Source: Escherichia phage outra. Taken from it: 64,000 nucleotides of DNA. Shown piece by piece: positions 38,211-47,773 of the stretch. The stretch lies in sequence record MN850645.1; one strand, 5' to 3'. Each line of letters begins with the position of its first letter. The stretch's first letter is position 1. The notes under the pieces were generated by a model that did not search any database, was not told the DNA's origin, and was given only the letters and a program-made list of their open reading frames with translations. The position numbers and the translations under genes are program-made.

Positions 38211-38271
38211 TTGACACTTAAAAATAATTTTGTAATATATACCACATAAGGCGGGGAAATGGTTTCCCGCC
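38211..38271 (+). promoter_or_regulatory. early promoter plus stem-loop cassette (TTGACA-17-TAATAT, hairpin GGCGGGGAAATGGTTTCCCGCC)
   Basis: Consensus-like spacing; hairpin abuts RBS. Confidence 0.65.
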
Positions 38272-38293
38272 AAATCAAAGAAAGGGTAATGCA

Positions 38294-38656
38294 ATGAGCA
38301 AGCAAATCAATACTATCATGTTAAACCTGGTATCTTTCCGCGACGACGTGAAAAATCTTCCACGTGATGCAGTGGATGCACGGATCGAAAGCTATCGCTC
38401 ACAGATCGCAACGCTACCGCTAAAACGTGATCAACATGCCGCTAATATGATGCTTAATGCTATGCTTAAAAAGATGATTCAATGTGATCTTACCCTGGCT
38501 TATGAATATGCTGGCGATCTCTTTGTAACATATAGCAAGCCCGTACCAGGTATGAGCACAACCGAAGAATTGCATGCCTTAAATCTGCGACAAGATGCAT
38601 GGGATAACATGCGCCGTGTTATGGTATGGGTAGAAAGCGGTAAAATTTACGAATAA
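38294..38656 (+). CDS. hypothetical early protein
   Basis: 120 aa. Confidence 0.5.
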   Translation: MSKQINTIMLNLVSFRDDVKNLPRDAVDARIESYRSQIATLPLKRDQHAANMMLNAMLKKMIQCDLTLAYEYAGDLFVTYSKPVPGMSTTEELHALNLRQDAWDNMRRVMVWVESGKIYE

Positions 38657-38734
38657 AAACGGTTAACATTGCACTAAAACCTGATAAGCTATCTTAAAGC
38701 GGGAACTATTCCCGCTTACATAGGATAAAACTTT

Positions 38735-38884
38735 ATGAAACAATATGTAATGAGTATTCACACCAAAAACGGCGCTACTGTTACAACTCCGGCACGGTTT
38801 GCACTTGTAAACCGTTGCAAGAGACTAAAACGAGAGTTAAAAAATAACCGTGCAACGGGCTGCTTTAAACGCTGGGGAGGATAA
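38735..38884 (+). CDS. hypothetical small basic protein
   Basis: 49 aa hand-translated; preceded by hairpin AAGCGGGAACTATTCCCGCTT. Confidence 0.3.
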   Translation: MKQYVMSIHTKNGATVTTPARFALVNRCKRLKRELKNNRATGCFKRWGG

Positions 38885-38886
38885 TC

Positions 38887-39159
38887 TTGTTTTTTCTAAA
38901 AGTTTTTGATAATGTGATCGCTTTTGAACATGCTACAACGTTCAACCTGGCGAGATACGCTATCAGGTTTAAAGATAATGTTTATCCCCGTGCTGGTGGC
39001 GGTTACACTATCTTTAATCATCGTAACGCTCAATTAACAGATATAACGAATCCAGATCCTGGAGTGTATCGCATAGGCTGGCTACCGTCAAAAGACGCGG
39101 CAAGCATGTTTAAGGTGTGTAAACTACTAACAGAAGAGGCGAACGAACATGGGGCGTGA
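38887..39159 (+). CDS. hypothetical protein (TTG start per ORF track)
   Basis: 90 aa; GGGGAGGA RBS 6 nt upstream. Confidence 0.4.
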   Translation: MFFLKVFDNVIAFEHATTFNLARYAIRFKDNVYPRAGGGYTIFNHRNAQLTDITNPDPGVYRIGWLPSKDAASMFKVCKLLTEEANEHGA

Positions 39160-39703
39160 ATATGTGATCCAGTCATGGGTAAAGCATGACGCTAATGATC
39201 CGCGCATAATACCAGATGACATGATCGATCACATGGTAGGGTACAGCGGGGAGCAGATAGGGAATCGAGCGGCAAAGAGCAACGGGCACACAAAGACGCG
39301 ATCCGTTCGCCCTGGTTGGCTGGCAAATGGTAACGCTGACATTGCAAGCGCCGCAGATCCAAGCGATGACGCTAAAAATAATCCCTTATATAGCATTGAT
39401 CCGGCTTTTAAGGTGTTAGAAGAGTATCCCGCTAAATTAGCCGCACTAGATAAGGCATACGAAGAAAAGCGCATGGCATGGACTGTATACAACACCGCTA
39501 AAATGGTGCTAGATGCAAAATTGATTAAAGCCCAGGAGAAGATCAATAAACTTGTTGCAGTAGCGCAAGAGGAAGACCAGGACGACCAGGAGGAAGAGGA
39601 AGAAATCATGCCTACCCTGGAAGAGGAAGAGATCCAGCCATACATGCCGACGGAAGAGGAAAAAAGACAAGCCCTAAAAAATTATGAAAATTGCATTGTG
39701 TAA
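39149..39703 (+). CDS. hypothetical protein with acidic D/E-rich C-terminus
   Basis: 184 aa. Confidence 0.45.
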   Translation: MGREYVIQSWVKHDANDPRIIPDDMIDHMVGYSGEQIGNRAAKSNGHTKTRSVRPGWLANGNADIASAADPSDDAKNNPLYSIDPAFKVLEEYPAKLAALDKAYEEKRMAWTVYNTAKMVLDAKLIKAQEKINKLVAVAQEEDQDDQEEEEEIMPTLEEEEIQPYMPTEEEKRQALKNYENCIV

Positions 39704-39784
39704 GGCTTGACATATGCAAATAAGCCCCGTAATATGTACCACATAAAGCGGGGCAACGCCCCATAAAGTGAAATAAAAAATCAC

Positions 39785-39812
39785 TTGACACCTGAAATCA
39801 GTAAGCTATAAT
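39785..39812 (+). promoter_or_regulatory. consensus sigma70 promoter (TTGACA-16-TATAAT), second of a tandem pair (first TTGACA near 39707)
   Basis: Read directly. Confidence 0.6.
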
Positions 39813-39849
39813 GCTTATATAGATTGAAACATTACTAAGGAATAAAAGC

Positions 39850-40029
39850 ATGGCTATTATTGCAAAAACTGAGATCGTAGGTTTAGATTCTATCATCCTG
39901 GCATATGAGGAAGCTGTAGAAATGTATGTGGTTTCCTATGGTGATTATATCCGTGAATATAAATCTATTGATCTAGCTTTTGAATGCTATATTCGCCAGG
40001 TCAATAAAGCATATGATGATTATCGTTAA
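39850..40029 (+). CDS. hypothetical small protein
   Basis: 59 aa hand-translated downstream of consensus promoter. Confidence 0.35.
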   Translation: MAIIAKTEIVGLDSIILAYEEAVEMYVVSYGDYIREYKSIDLAFECYIRQVNKAYDDYR

Positions 40030-40124
40030 AAGTTTTAGTCTTGTGCTATTGACAACGAACGATAGTACAAGCATAATAACTTTTATCGGGAATACTCCTA
40101 ACTAATCAAAAGAGATTAAAGACT

Positions 40125-40490
40125 ATGGCTAAAAATATCAATGTTTCTGCTTATGCTACCCTGGCTAACACTGCTAAAATTGAACTATCTAGCATTGAAG
40201 CGGTACATATTAGCGCCCGTCGCTGGTTTCAAAAGTCTTATGGTAACACTTATTTCTCTTTGATGGTTGACGTTGAGATCGGCGGTAAACTGATCGAAGT
40301 CGTTAACGTTCCGTTTCACTATGGCTACGGGGATCATTTTGATACCGTTGCCCTAGAAGAGTTTAGCAAGGTTATCAACCTGGAAGGTAAAGAGTTTTCA
40401 AATTATGCCTACCTTTCCCGTTTTTGCCGTGATAATGGGATCGCTGTATACAGTCATGCAAGCGATGTTAAACGTAAAAAAGATTTATAA
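40125..40490 (+). CDS. hypothetical early protein
   Basis: 121 aa; TTGACA promoter near 40049. Confidence 0.5.
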   Translation: MAKNINVSAYATLANTAKIELSSIEAVHISARRWFQKSYGNTYFSLMVDVEIGGKLIEVVNVPFHYGYGDHFDTVALEEFSKVINLEGKEFSNYAYLSRFCRDNGIAVYSHASDVKRKKDL

Positions 40491-40610
40491 AAAGCATTGA
40501 CAGCACGAATAAAAAGCGTAAAATGTTTCATATCAGGACGGGGAACGAAGTAACACCCCGTTAAGTAGCCCAGGAGTAAGGCACACGAAAAACTCCCCTG
40601 ATAAAATAGT

Positions 40611-40670
40611 TTGACAATGGTTTCTAATAACGTATAATACTTACATCGAGAGCGGGAACACTTCCCGCCT
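40611..40670 (+). promoter_or_regulatory. early promoter plus stem-loop cassette (TTGACA-16-TATAAT, hairpin GAGCGGGAACACTTCCCGCCTC); second TTGACA/TAAAAT promoter with hairpin at about 40497-40562
   Basis: Read directly. Confidence 0.6.
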
Positions 40671-40693
40671 CACTGAAAAAAGAGATTAACATC

Positions 40694-40933
40694 ATGGCTA
40701 AATCTAAAATGTTCTTAGGTCACAAAAACAAAACTCATTGGAATGTAAGCCTTTGGATCAACAACGATGAAGGTTTTTATAATCTTGCGCGTGAATTTAT
40801 CGCAGCTAACACCAATAAGAATGACGCAGCGCGTGATATGATGTTATTTCTTGAAAGTATGGATCAAGATAAAACGCCAGACGGTTACAAGTTCAGTAAA
40901 ACCGCGATCCGTGCCGCTATGGTTGGAATGTAA
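40694..40933 (+). CDS. hypothetical early protein
   Basis: 79 aa. Confidence 0.5.
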   Translation: MAKSKMFLGHKNKTHWNVSLWINNDEGFYNLAREFIAANTNKNDAARDMMLFLESMDQDKTPDGYKFSKTAIRAAMVGM

Positions 40934-41029
40934 AGGAGACATAAAAATGAAACATCGTTCGACCTATCTCACAAAACGTTTTAGCTTAGATCATAAATTG
41001 GGCTATTACGGAAGAAATAGAAAATAATT

Positions 41030-41090
41030 TGACAACGTTTTAAATTAGTGTAAGATATATCACATAGGGCGGGAAATGGTTTCCCGCCAA
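41030..41090 (+). promoter_or_regulatory. early promoter plus stem-loop cassette (hairpin GGGCGGGAAATGGTTTCCCGCC)
   Basis: TTGACA, TAAGAT, hairpin, AAAGAAAGG RBS; near-identical to module at 38211. Confidence 0.65.
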
Positions 41091-41110
41091 ATCAAAGAAA
41101 GGTTATCATT

Positions 41111-41338
41111 ATGGCTATCATTATTGTTCGCGTATCCGGTACGGTTGGAAGCTCCCAGGTAGTAGCAGTTATCACCGAGAAGAAAGGGGATGATCTTCAC
41201 TCTTCCTTGAATAGCTGGGCGGTAGCTAACTTCGGGCAATGGTCGAGCGTTGAGTACATCGAATCCTACCAGGTGCCAACGATTAGCCTAACCGATCTAA
41301 ATGTTGATCGCTTGTTGTGCCTGGATGGATTAAACTAA
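41111..41338 (+). CDS. hypothetical early protein
   Basis: 75 aa. Confidence 0.5.
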   Translation: MAIIIVRVSGTVGSSQVVAVITEKKGDDLHSSLNSWAVANFGQWSSVEYIESYQVPTISLTDLNVDRLLCLDGLN

Positions 41339-41346
41339 AAATAATC

Positions 41347-41405
41347 TTGACAAGATAACTAAAATCAGTAAAATGTAATGCATAGGGCGGCAATAGTGCC
41401 GCTCC
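41347..41405 (+). promoter_or_regulatory. early promoter plus stem-loop cassette (hairpin GGGCGGCAATAGTGCCGCTC)
   Basis: TTGACA, TAAAAT, hairpin. Confidence 0.6.
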
Positions 41406-41425
41406 TAGTGAGAGAGATTATCAAA

Positions 41426-41638
41426 ATGGCTAATATCCGCACACTGTTAAAAAATGCAAAACAAGTTTTATTTTCTGATCACGATCATTTTAATAAAGAT
41501 ATTACAGGCGTGAAGAATATCAAAGAGGTAAAAAGTGTTATGGGTATCTATTGCAATATGAAGCGAGTAGGCACATTTGGTGATAAAGTATTATATCAGG
41601 CAGGTGACTACAATTTTACTTTGACAATTATCAACTAA
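41426..41638 (+). CDS. hypothetical early protein
   Basis: Start at Met after module. Confidence 0.45.
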   Translation: MANIRTLLKNAKQVLFSDHDHFNKDITGVKNIKEVKSVMGIYCNMKRVGTFGDKVLYQAGDYNFTLTIIN

Positions 41639-41649
41639 GGGATCACAAA

Positions 41650-41808
41650 ATGAAAACTTGCCAATGTGGTAAAAAGTCTATCTCTGGTTTAAAACGTGGC
41701 GTTGCTCTTTGTCAATATCACTATAACGCTCAAACGTGGGGTAAGCAGTGGGCGGATCAGGTGGAAGAGGCAAAGAAAGAAAATATAAAAGTAGTTGCAA
41801 AGAAATAA
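41650..41808 (+). CDS. small Cys-containing protein
   Basis: 52 aa hand-translated (MKTCQCGKK...). Confidence 0.3.
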   Translation: MKTCQCGKKSISGLKRGVALCQYHYNAQTWGKQWADQVEEAKKENIKVVAKK

Positions 41809-41879
41809 AAATAGAGTAAACTGTATTCATCAAGGCGGTGGAATAGCTCACCGCCTAACAAAGAGAAGAGGAAAACATC

Positions 41880-42050
41880 ATGATCACTTTCGCTACCCGT
41901 GAAGCCGCTCGCAACGTTGCACGTAAAGTTAATGCCGCCAACCTGGGCGCTACGCTTAAAGCCCCGGTAAAAGATGAATCAGGTAAATGGATCTTTCCTG
42001 GTCTGCGTCACGCTGATAAGCTGGGAACATTAACGTTAAAAAATAAATAA
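41880..42050 (+). CDS. hypothetical small protein
   Basis: 56 aa hand-translated; preceded by hairpin GGCGGTGGAATAGCTCACCGCC. Confidence 0.3.
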   Translation: MITFATREAARNVARKVNAANLGATLKAPVKDESGKWIFPGLRHADKLGTLTLKNK

Positions 42051-42057
42051 TATCCGC

Positions 42058-42117
42058 TTGACAGTAGCATGGTTTATAAGTAAAGTAACAACAACGGCGG
42101 GAAATGGTTTCCCGCCA
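42058..42117 (+). promoter_or_regulatory. early promoter plus stem-loop cassette (hairpin GGCGGGAAATGGTTTCCCGCC)
   Basis: TTGACA plus hairpin abutting RBS. Confidence 0.55.
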
Positions 42118-42136
42118 TCAATAAAGAGATAAGATT

Positions 42137-42496
42137 ATGAAATCAGTAAAAGCAATCAAAACTTACATTGTATCGGCTATTTCTTTTGAAGGTACTACAA
42201 CCGAAAAAGAAAAAATCACCGAACTGATGCGCCGTTTTAATTCTGAATACTGGTATCCCGATAATCAAAAACGTTACAATTATAACGTGATCAAGGCGAT
42301 AGCCTCATGGTTACAAGGTTTACCGTCAGACATTAACATTGCCTTTGATTATAACGAGATTGATCATTTATTAATTGAATGGAAGTACATAAAAGAAACA
42401 AGCAAAGAAACAACCGTTACCCGTGAGCGGGAAAATTATTGGTTATATATTGCAAGCATGATCGTAATCCTGGCAAAACAGCATAACGTGGCGTAA
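42137..42496 (+). CDS. hypothetical early protein
   Basis: 119 aa. Confidence 0.5.
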   Translation: MKSVKAIKTYIVSAISFEGTTTEKEKITELMRRFNSEYWYPDNQKRYNYNVIKAIASWLQGLPSDINIAFDYNEIDHLLIEWKYIKETSKETTVTRERENYWLYIASMIVILAKQHNVA

Positions 42497-42511
42497 TTAA
42501 GAGGAAGAAAC

Positions 42512-42649
42512 ATGAACGCATCACAGCAGATCGAAAAATTCAACCGCAGCAAGGCGCGTAAAGATTGGAACGAAGAGATCACCAAAAAAGGCGACAAGCG
42601 GAACAAAACAAAAAGAGATCGCAGCACAAAAAGATACTGGAACGAATAA
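42512..42649 (+). CDS. small highly basic (K/R-rich) protein
   Basis: 45 aa hand-translated; GAGGAAG RBS; terminator follows. Confidence 0.3.
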   Translation: MNASQQIEKFNRSKARKDWNEEITKKGDKRNKTKRDRSTKRYWNE

Positions 42650-42650
42650 C

Positions 42651-42680
42651 AAAAAAGGGCGCAATAAGCGCCCTTTTAGC
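42651..42680 (+). terminator. Rho-independent terminator
   Basis: aagggcgcaataagcgccctttt. Confidence 0.7.
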
Positions 42681-42768
42681 TTATATAGGGGCTTGTTACC
42701 CATAGGCAATGGTAACGCCAGGGCAAGCCTATAAATCAACGTTAGACGGCTTTACAGGAGCTTTAAAA

Positions 42769-42951
42769 ATGAGATTAGAAGAAATAAGCAAGGCACTAGA
42801 CCAGGAGCAAAGGTTATGCGCCCGATATCGTGATCAATATGGCTTCATAACTAGCGGCGTGATCCTGGGGATGGAAGGCAATAAGATTTTTATTGACACG
42901 TTGAAAAACGTTGTATATAGTGACAATATAATCTCAATAAAACATATATGA
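42769..42951 (+). CDS. hypothetical protein
   Basis: Start at Met with CAGGAG RBS. Confidence 0.4.
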   Translation: MRLEEISKALDQEQRLCARYRDQYGFITSGVILGMEGNKIFIDTLKNVVYSDNIISIKHI

Positions 42952-42959
42952 GGCAAGAA

Positions 42960-43361
42960 ATGAAAAACTTATTGATCGCTGGTTTAATCTCTTTTGGCAT
43001 GGTTGGAACATCTAGCGCGGCGATATCCTCCACAGTAGCAGAATTAAGCGCCGTTGATGCAATGGAAAACGTCATGCTTATTAATAATGCGATCCCCGAT
43101 GAAATCATGGAGGATTCACACATGATCGCTTATGGTGCTGTTACACAACTAACGGCAAAAATAGATAAATCTATTGTTAATGGCTTAAATGAAGATGTAC
43201 CATGTGAAATTATTACCAGTGTGCTGACTACTCAAAATTTTACGCCGTGGTTAAAAAGTATTCAAAAAGTACACAGTACAGCCGCAGATCGTAGCAATGA
43301 AAAACTAGTGTCAGCACTTGCAACGTATACCCTAGCAAAATGCACTGAGATAAAAGATTGA
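42960..43361 (+). CDS. secreted protein (signal peptide)
   Basis: MKNLLIAGLISFGMVGTSSAAIS leader. Confidence 0.45.
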   Translation: MKNLLIAGLISFGMVGTSSAAISSTVAELSAVDAMENVMLINNAIPDEIMEDSHMIAYGAVTQLTAKIDKSIVNGLNEDVPCEIITSVLTTQNFTPWLKSIQKVHSTAADRSNEKLVSALATYTLAKCTEIKD

Positions 43362-43408
43362 CAACATAGAAAGCACGTTATAAGATACACACAACAAAGG
43401 AGAACTAC

Positions 43409-43711
43409 ATGAACGGCATAGCTAAAACGTTTTTTCTTTTTTCTGGTGTAAATGATCCATCAATAAAAGTCGATAGTGTAAAAGAAAAAAATACTATCAC
43501 CGCTAAATTGTTTCAAGATGAAACAAATAACGTGCTAATCATTAATCTTAAAGAAGTAACGAAAGGTTATTATACTATTGCTTACCATGCGATCTATCAT
43601 GCTGGTACTGGTGAGGAAGTGCAAACAAGCAACAACGAAAGCGCGGCGCTACCTGGTGATCTGGTGCTGGGCGTTATCAGTTTAATTGTCAATGATTTTT
43701 TTAAGGAGTAA
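43409..43711 (+). CDS. hypothetical protein
   Basis: 100 aa. Confidence 0.45.
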   Translation: MNGIAKTFFLFSGVNDPSIKVDSVKEKNTITAKLFQDETNNVLIINLKEVTKGYYTIAYHAIYHAGTGEEVQTSNNESAALPGDLVLGVISLIVNDFFKE

Positions 43712-44040
43712 AACCATGCCCTATTTACATTTATTTTTCGGTATCTTATTAACAGGATCTTTTTTCTTCTGTATGCTTGTTTCTATTGTAAACCACGTTT
43801 TAAGACATTAAGGAAACAGCATGAAAATTATTCCCGTACAATATAGCGTAATAAATCCAGCATATGAGGAAGGAAGGAAAACAAGCATGGCTTTATGTTG
43901 TATTGCTACTATAGCCATGTTGTTATACATTGTGTTTTAATAGGTTTTATAGTTGTACGCTTTAAAGGCTTGACAATTTTTTGTTATGCTTTAAACTATA
44001 TCTTGAAAACGGCAAAGGCCGCAAACAAAAGGGTAAAATT

Positions 44041-44364
44041 ATGAAATCTGTGATCGGTGTTTATTTGGATAACTCTGATTTTTTCTATCATCGCGCGCGT
44101 TTACTTGATGCTATTGAAATGATAGAATCAGGCTTTAAAGAGTATCGCCTTGCACATGATGACCTGGAAGCATTACAGGGCAATAGTGTTTTTACATTGC
44201 AAGCGAAAGCACTATGCAAAAGCCGGATCGAGATTGCAAGTAAAAAGATAGAGCGCGGCATGTCCTGGTTGCGCACCGCAGAAATCAACATGGGGCAATG
44301 GTACGGCGAAAACTTAGAAAATAAACATGCTTTTGTCAATGTAGAAAATATTGAAGATTATTGA
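44041..44364 (+). CDS. hypothetical early protein
   Basis: TTGACA near 43970; start at Met after short hairpin. Confidence 0.45.
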   Translation: MKSVIGVYLDNSDFFYHRARLLDAIEMIESGFKEYRLAHDDLEALQGNSVFTLQAKALCKSRIEIASKKIERGMSWLRTAEINMGQWYGENLENKHAFVNVENIEDY

Positions 44365-44427
44365 TTGACAGCACACCGAACGGGGAGTATATTGTATCTC
44401 ATAGAGCGGGGAAATGGTTTCCCCGCC
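44365..44427 (+). promoter_or_regulatory. early promoter plus stem-loop cassette (TTGACA-17-TATATT, hairpin GAGCGGGGAAATGGTTTCCCCGCC)
   Basis: Read directly. Confidence 0.6.
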
Positions 44428-44446
44428 TTAAAAGAAGAGATAAGCT

Positions 44447-44731
44447 ATGAAGATCACAAAAGCACTTTCCAACTATGCAGCACGTCGCGGCTTATGTTTA
44501 ACCGTTGAAAACCTGGGGAAAGAAGATTTTTTGTGCTTTTGGGAGCTTGAGAATGATAATGAGTGGATCTTCTCTTATTCTATCTGCGAAGATCAAAACG
44601 GTTGTTTATTAGCCTGGCGCGGTAATATCTATCTACCGGAAGAAATCAAAGAAGAATTACCAGGCACGATCATGACTGAGAAACAGCTTAAGGAAGTGAT
44701 CAATTTTGTAGGGCAAAACATTAAAAAATAA
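44447..44731 (+). CDS. hypothetical early protein
   Basis: 94 aa. Confidence 0.5.
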   Translation: MKITKALSNYAARRGLCLTVENLGKEDFLCFWELENDNEWIFSYSICEDQNGCLLAWRGNIYLPEEIKEELPGTIMTEKQLKEVINFVGQNIKK

Positions 44732-44732
44732 T

Positions 44733-44790
44733 TTGACACTAGGCAAACAACGTAGTAAAGTTTATCACATAGGGCGGCAATAGTGCCGCT
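44733..44790 (+). promoter_or_regulatory. early promoter plus stem-loop cassette (hairpin GGGCGGCAATAGTGCCGCTC)
   Basis: The stretch from the hairpin to the RBS is almost identical to the module at 37855. Confidence 0.6.
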
Positions 44791-44812
44791 CATAACAGAA
44801 GAGAAACAAATC

Positions 44813-44983
44813 ATGATCCCAACTATGTTTTATGTATCGCGCAAAGGTCACAATATTTTTTGGTCTGAAGATTTAAATGAAGCCATGACGTTTGCCCGTG
44901 ATCGTGTCGCTATCGGTGGCGTTAACATTACCGTAACCGATGAAAATGGCATTGAATACTATAACGGCGACGATGAAGAGTAA
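44813..44983 (+). CDS. hypothetical small protein
   Basis: Start at Met after module. Confidence 0.4.
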   Translation: MIPTMFYVSRKGHNIFWSEDLNEAMTFARDRVAIGGVNITVTDENGIEYYNGDDEE

Positions 44984-45030
44984 TTAATGAGGCGGGGGAA
45001 TATTCCCCGCCGTCAATAAAGAGGTAAATC

Positions 45031-45300
45031 ATGAAAATATCATTGGACGTTGCAATCAAGGCCATCGAATCCGGTTACACCCTGGTAAAAGATGATAAGG
45101 CTAAAATAGTGCATCATGTTAACAAGGAAACAGGCGAAAGCATGATCACATATAAAGCCGCCTACTTTCTCCAATCAGTAGCAGATCCGCGCGTACAACG
45201 CCAGGTTACGGCGGCTATTGCTAAAAAAGTATGTGCTTTACAGGGTACAAGTTTTAACGAGATCGCCCCGTGTTTTGACTGGTCGAGCTTGAAAAAATAG
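45031..45300 (+). CDS. hypothetical protein
   Basis: 89 aa; preceded by hairpin GGCGGGGGAATATTCCCCGCC. Confidence 0.45.
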   Translation: MKISLDVAIKAIESGYTLVKDDKAKIVHHVNKETGESMITYKAAYFLQSVADPRVQRQVTAAIAKKVCALQGTSFNEIAPCFDWSSLKK

Positions 45301-45496
45301 TTTGACAATATGCGGTTATCTGGTAAAGTGTACGACATAGGGCGGGGCAATAAGGCAACGCCCACTAATGAGGGTAAAATCATGTTAGAGAAAATTTTCA
45401 CGGTTGTAGTAGTGGGCCTGGCGTTATCGGTTGGAGTGATTGCAACTATGGCTAACATGATCCTATCTTCCCACGGTATTGGATAAGGTGAATCAA

Positions 45497-45712
45497 ATGA
45501 TCACGAATAAGACAGGTAAAACAGAATTTTTACGCGGCTTGCAAATTGGTAAACCTGAAATATGGCATTGCACTAAATCCGCGCATAATGAGATGAAAGA
45601 CTTTACCGCCACGTTACAACGTGTTAAAATATCTATTACGCAGAAAAAAGCCTTATTAGTAGTAGAAAACGAGATACCGCAAACCATTATTATTGTCGAG
45701 CGTACAGCATGA
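45497..45712 (+). CDS. hypothetical protein
   Basis: Start at first ATG; a 34-aa hydrophobic micro-ORF lies upstream (about 45382-45486) after a TTGACA promoter at 45302. Confidence 0.4.
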   Translation: MITNKTGKTEFLRGLQIGKPEIWHCTKSAHNEMKDFTATLQRVKISITQKKALLVVENEIPQTIIIVERTA

Positions 45713-46095
45713 AAACTGAAATCATTATTGAAATCATCAACGGTTATAAAGAAGCCTTTATTTTTGCTGAATCAGCCAGGGATCATGAAGGTAATTTTGT
45801 AAACGACATGACTGACTATGATTTTTCAGATCAAGCCCATCAGCGGATCATTCATGACGTAGCGGCTTATTGTGATGCCAATGATGCTGCTATCTCTGAG
45901 GCAATGAGCGACGGCGCAACAGCAAACCAGATCGGGAATGACTTACATTTCACCCGTAACGGTCACGGCGTAGGCTTTTGGGATCGCCCTGAAATATACA
46001 CTACTAACACCGCCAACCGCCTAACAAATGCAGCTAAATTAATGCCATCGGTGCATGCTTACATTGGTGAAGATAATTTGATTTATATTGAATAA
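45709..46095 (+). CDS. hypothetical protein
   Basis: 128 aa; ATGA overlap with upstream gene. Confidence 0.45.
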   Translation: MKTEIIIEIINGYKEAFIFAESARDHEGNFVNDMTDYDFSDQAHQRIIHDVAAYCDANDAAISEAMSDGATANQIGNDLHFTRNGHGVGFWDRPEIYTTNTANRLTNAAKLMPSVHAYIGEDNLIYIE

Positions 46096-46101
46096 AAAGT
46101 A

Positions 46102-46160
46102 TTGACACCGATCCCCGATATGTTATTATTTACCACGTAGGCGGGAAATGGTTTCCCGCC
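46102..46160 (+). promoter_or_regulatory. early promoter plus stem-loop cassette (hairpin GGCGGGAAATGGTTTCCCGCC)
   Basis: TTGACA, TATTAT-like -10, hairpin. Confidence 0.6.
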
Positions 46161-46184
46161 AGGTAATCAAAAAAGGTAAATACT

Positions 46185-46574
46185 ATGCGCAACCTGGTTT
46201 CTGTTTCTAACGTTGAAAAATTTCAATCCTTGCAGGGTATCGTTAACAACGTAGCGCCTTTTCTAGTCAATGGCTTGATTGCAAAGATGAAAAATAAACA
46301 TCATGCAGCATGGTCTGCTTACTGCTTTGATAATGATGAAAAAGCGGCTGAAATGATGTTAAATATGCTGTTAGATAGTGTAGAATCATCTTTACCGGAA
46401 AACATCGCAGAAGAGATCACCTATCGTTATAATATGGCGATCACCTATCAGGAGGTTGCGCAATTCAATATGATGGACGATGACGAACAACAGGATCAGG
46501 AAATGTTTTGGGAATATGCAGATCGTCAATCGGCTTTTGATGAAAAGTTAGCGATGTATTATAACGAATATTAA
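46185..46574 (+). CDS. hypothetical acidic protein
   Basis: 129 aa. Confidence 0.5.
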   Translation: MRNLVSVSNVEKFQSLQGIVNNVAPFLVNGLIAKMKNKHHAAWSAYCFDNDEKAAEMMLNMLLDSVESSLPENIAEEITYRYNMAITYQEVAQFNMMDDDEQQDQEMFWEYADRQSAFDEKLAMYYNEY

Positions 46575-46587
46575 TACACGGTAAAAG

Positions 46588-46618
46588 AAAGGGGCGCACT
46601 AAGCGCCCTTTTTTGTAT
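46588..46618 (+). terminator. Rho-independent terminator
   Basis: ggggcgcactaagcgcccctttttt. Confidence 0.7.
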
Positions 46619-46959
46619 TCTTTTTCACGATGGAAGTAACACGTAAAGAATAAACGTAAGAGGTGGCGTAAAACAGCCTAAAACCGATTATAACCGCTTA
46701 AACAAGGTAGTAATGACTAATCACCTTGCCAGGATGAAAAAGCTGTTATAAAGCTATCTAGAGCGTTTAAAGCACATAGGAAATAATTTGCTTTTTATCT
46801 TGCCTTTTATCCTGCTTTTGATTATTATTATGGAACGGGCGGCACCTGGGGACAGGGGAAGATAATCACCGGAAGATCCCGCTATATATTAATAGCTAAT
46901 ACCTATCAAACAACAAAACATCAAAGGAATAAACTATCAAATCTTTACAATCCTACCTA

Positions 46960-47019
46960 TTGACACAGGATCACCCTTATACTAATATGTATCCCGTAGG
47001 GCGGGAAATGGTTTCCCGC
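46960..47019 (+). promoter_or_regulatory. early promoter plus stem-loop cassette (hairpin GGGCGGGAAATGGTTTCCCGC)
   Basis: TTGACA, TATACT/TAATAT, hairpin. Confidence 0.6.
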
Positions 47020-47038
47020 TTGATATAGGAATCATACC

Positions 47039-47272
47039 ATGATCGAACAAATTAAAAGCACTACACCAAATGTTAACGGCAATGTTTCACACTTTATCGG
47101 TGATAATGAAAGGGGCACACCATACGCCGCCGTAACCGTGCAACCTAACGGGGATTATTGGTTTACCGTGTACGGATCATACTCTTTCGGACGCCCGGCA
47201 CATGATAAGATCTTGCAAGCGGTTAAACCTGCGGGGAAGAATATCACAGTAGAAAAATTCTATGAAAAATAA
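47039..47272 (+). CDS. hypothetical protein
   Basis: 77 aa. Confidence 0.5.
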   Translation: MIEQIKSTTPNVNGNVSHFIGDNERGTPYAAVTVQPNGDYWFTVYGSYSFGRPAHDKILQAVKPAGKNITVEKFYEK

Positions 47273-47347
47273 CTTGCTTTATAGCCTCTGTTAATTTATA
47301 GTTATCGTGTAGGGCAAACAATTTTAAACGGTAAACGAGGAATCACC

Positions 47348-47731
47348 ATGAGCAATATCATCAACCTGGCAGCGACTGTAAACGGTAAAGATTTTAACGG
47401 CGCTGTAGATCATGATCCTATGTGGTGCTTATCAGTGTTTAAAGGTGACTTGGTTGAAGTTAGAACAACCGAAGGTTATAGCGACGATTATAAATGCGAG
47501 ATTCATTTACACAACTGGTACACGGGTAAAACTTATGCGCTGAATCATGCGTTTATCGGCAAGGTTGAATATAGGGAAATGATCGACGAAGAAACGGGGC
47601 AAGATTTTAGCGATTATGTTTATATTCGTTCCGAGACATTAGCCGAACGTTTGATCGAGAAAATGAAAGCAAAAAATAAAATTAATTTAGCTCATTGGAT
47701 TGATATAACAAACGATCCTGCTTATCAGTAA
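47348..47731 (+). CDS. hypothetical protein
   Basis: 127 aa; followed by terminator. Confidence 0.5.
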   Translation: MSNIINLAATVNGKDFNGAVDHDPMWCLSVFKGDLVEVRTTEGYSDDYKCEIHLHNWYTGKTYALNHAFIGKVEYREMIDEETGQDFSDYVYIRSETLAERLIEKMKAKNKINLAHWIDITNDPAYQ

Positions 47732-47744
47732 ATAACATTTCAAA

Positions 47745-47773
47745 CAAGGGCGCTTATTGCGCCCTTTCTTTTT
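47745..47773 (+). terminator. Rho-independent terminator
   Basis: aagggcgcttattgcgcccttt plus T-tract. Confidence 0.7.
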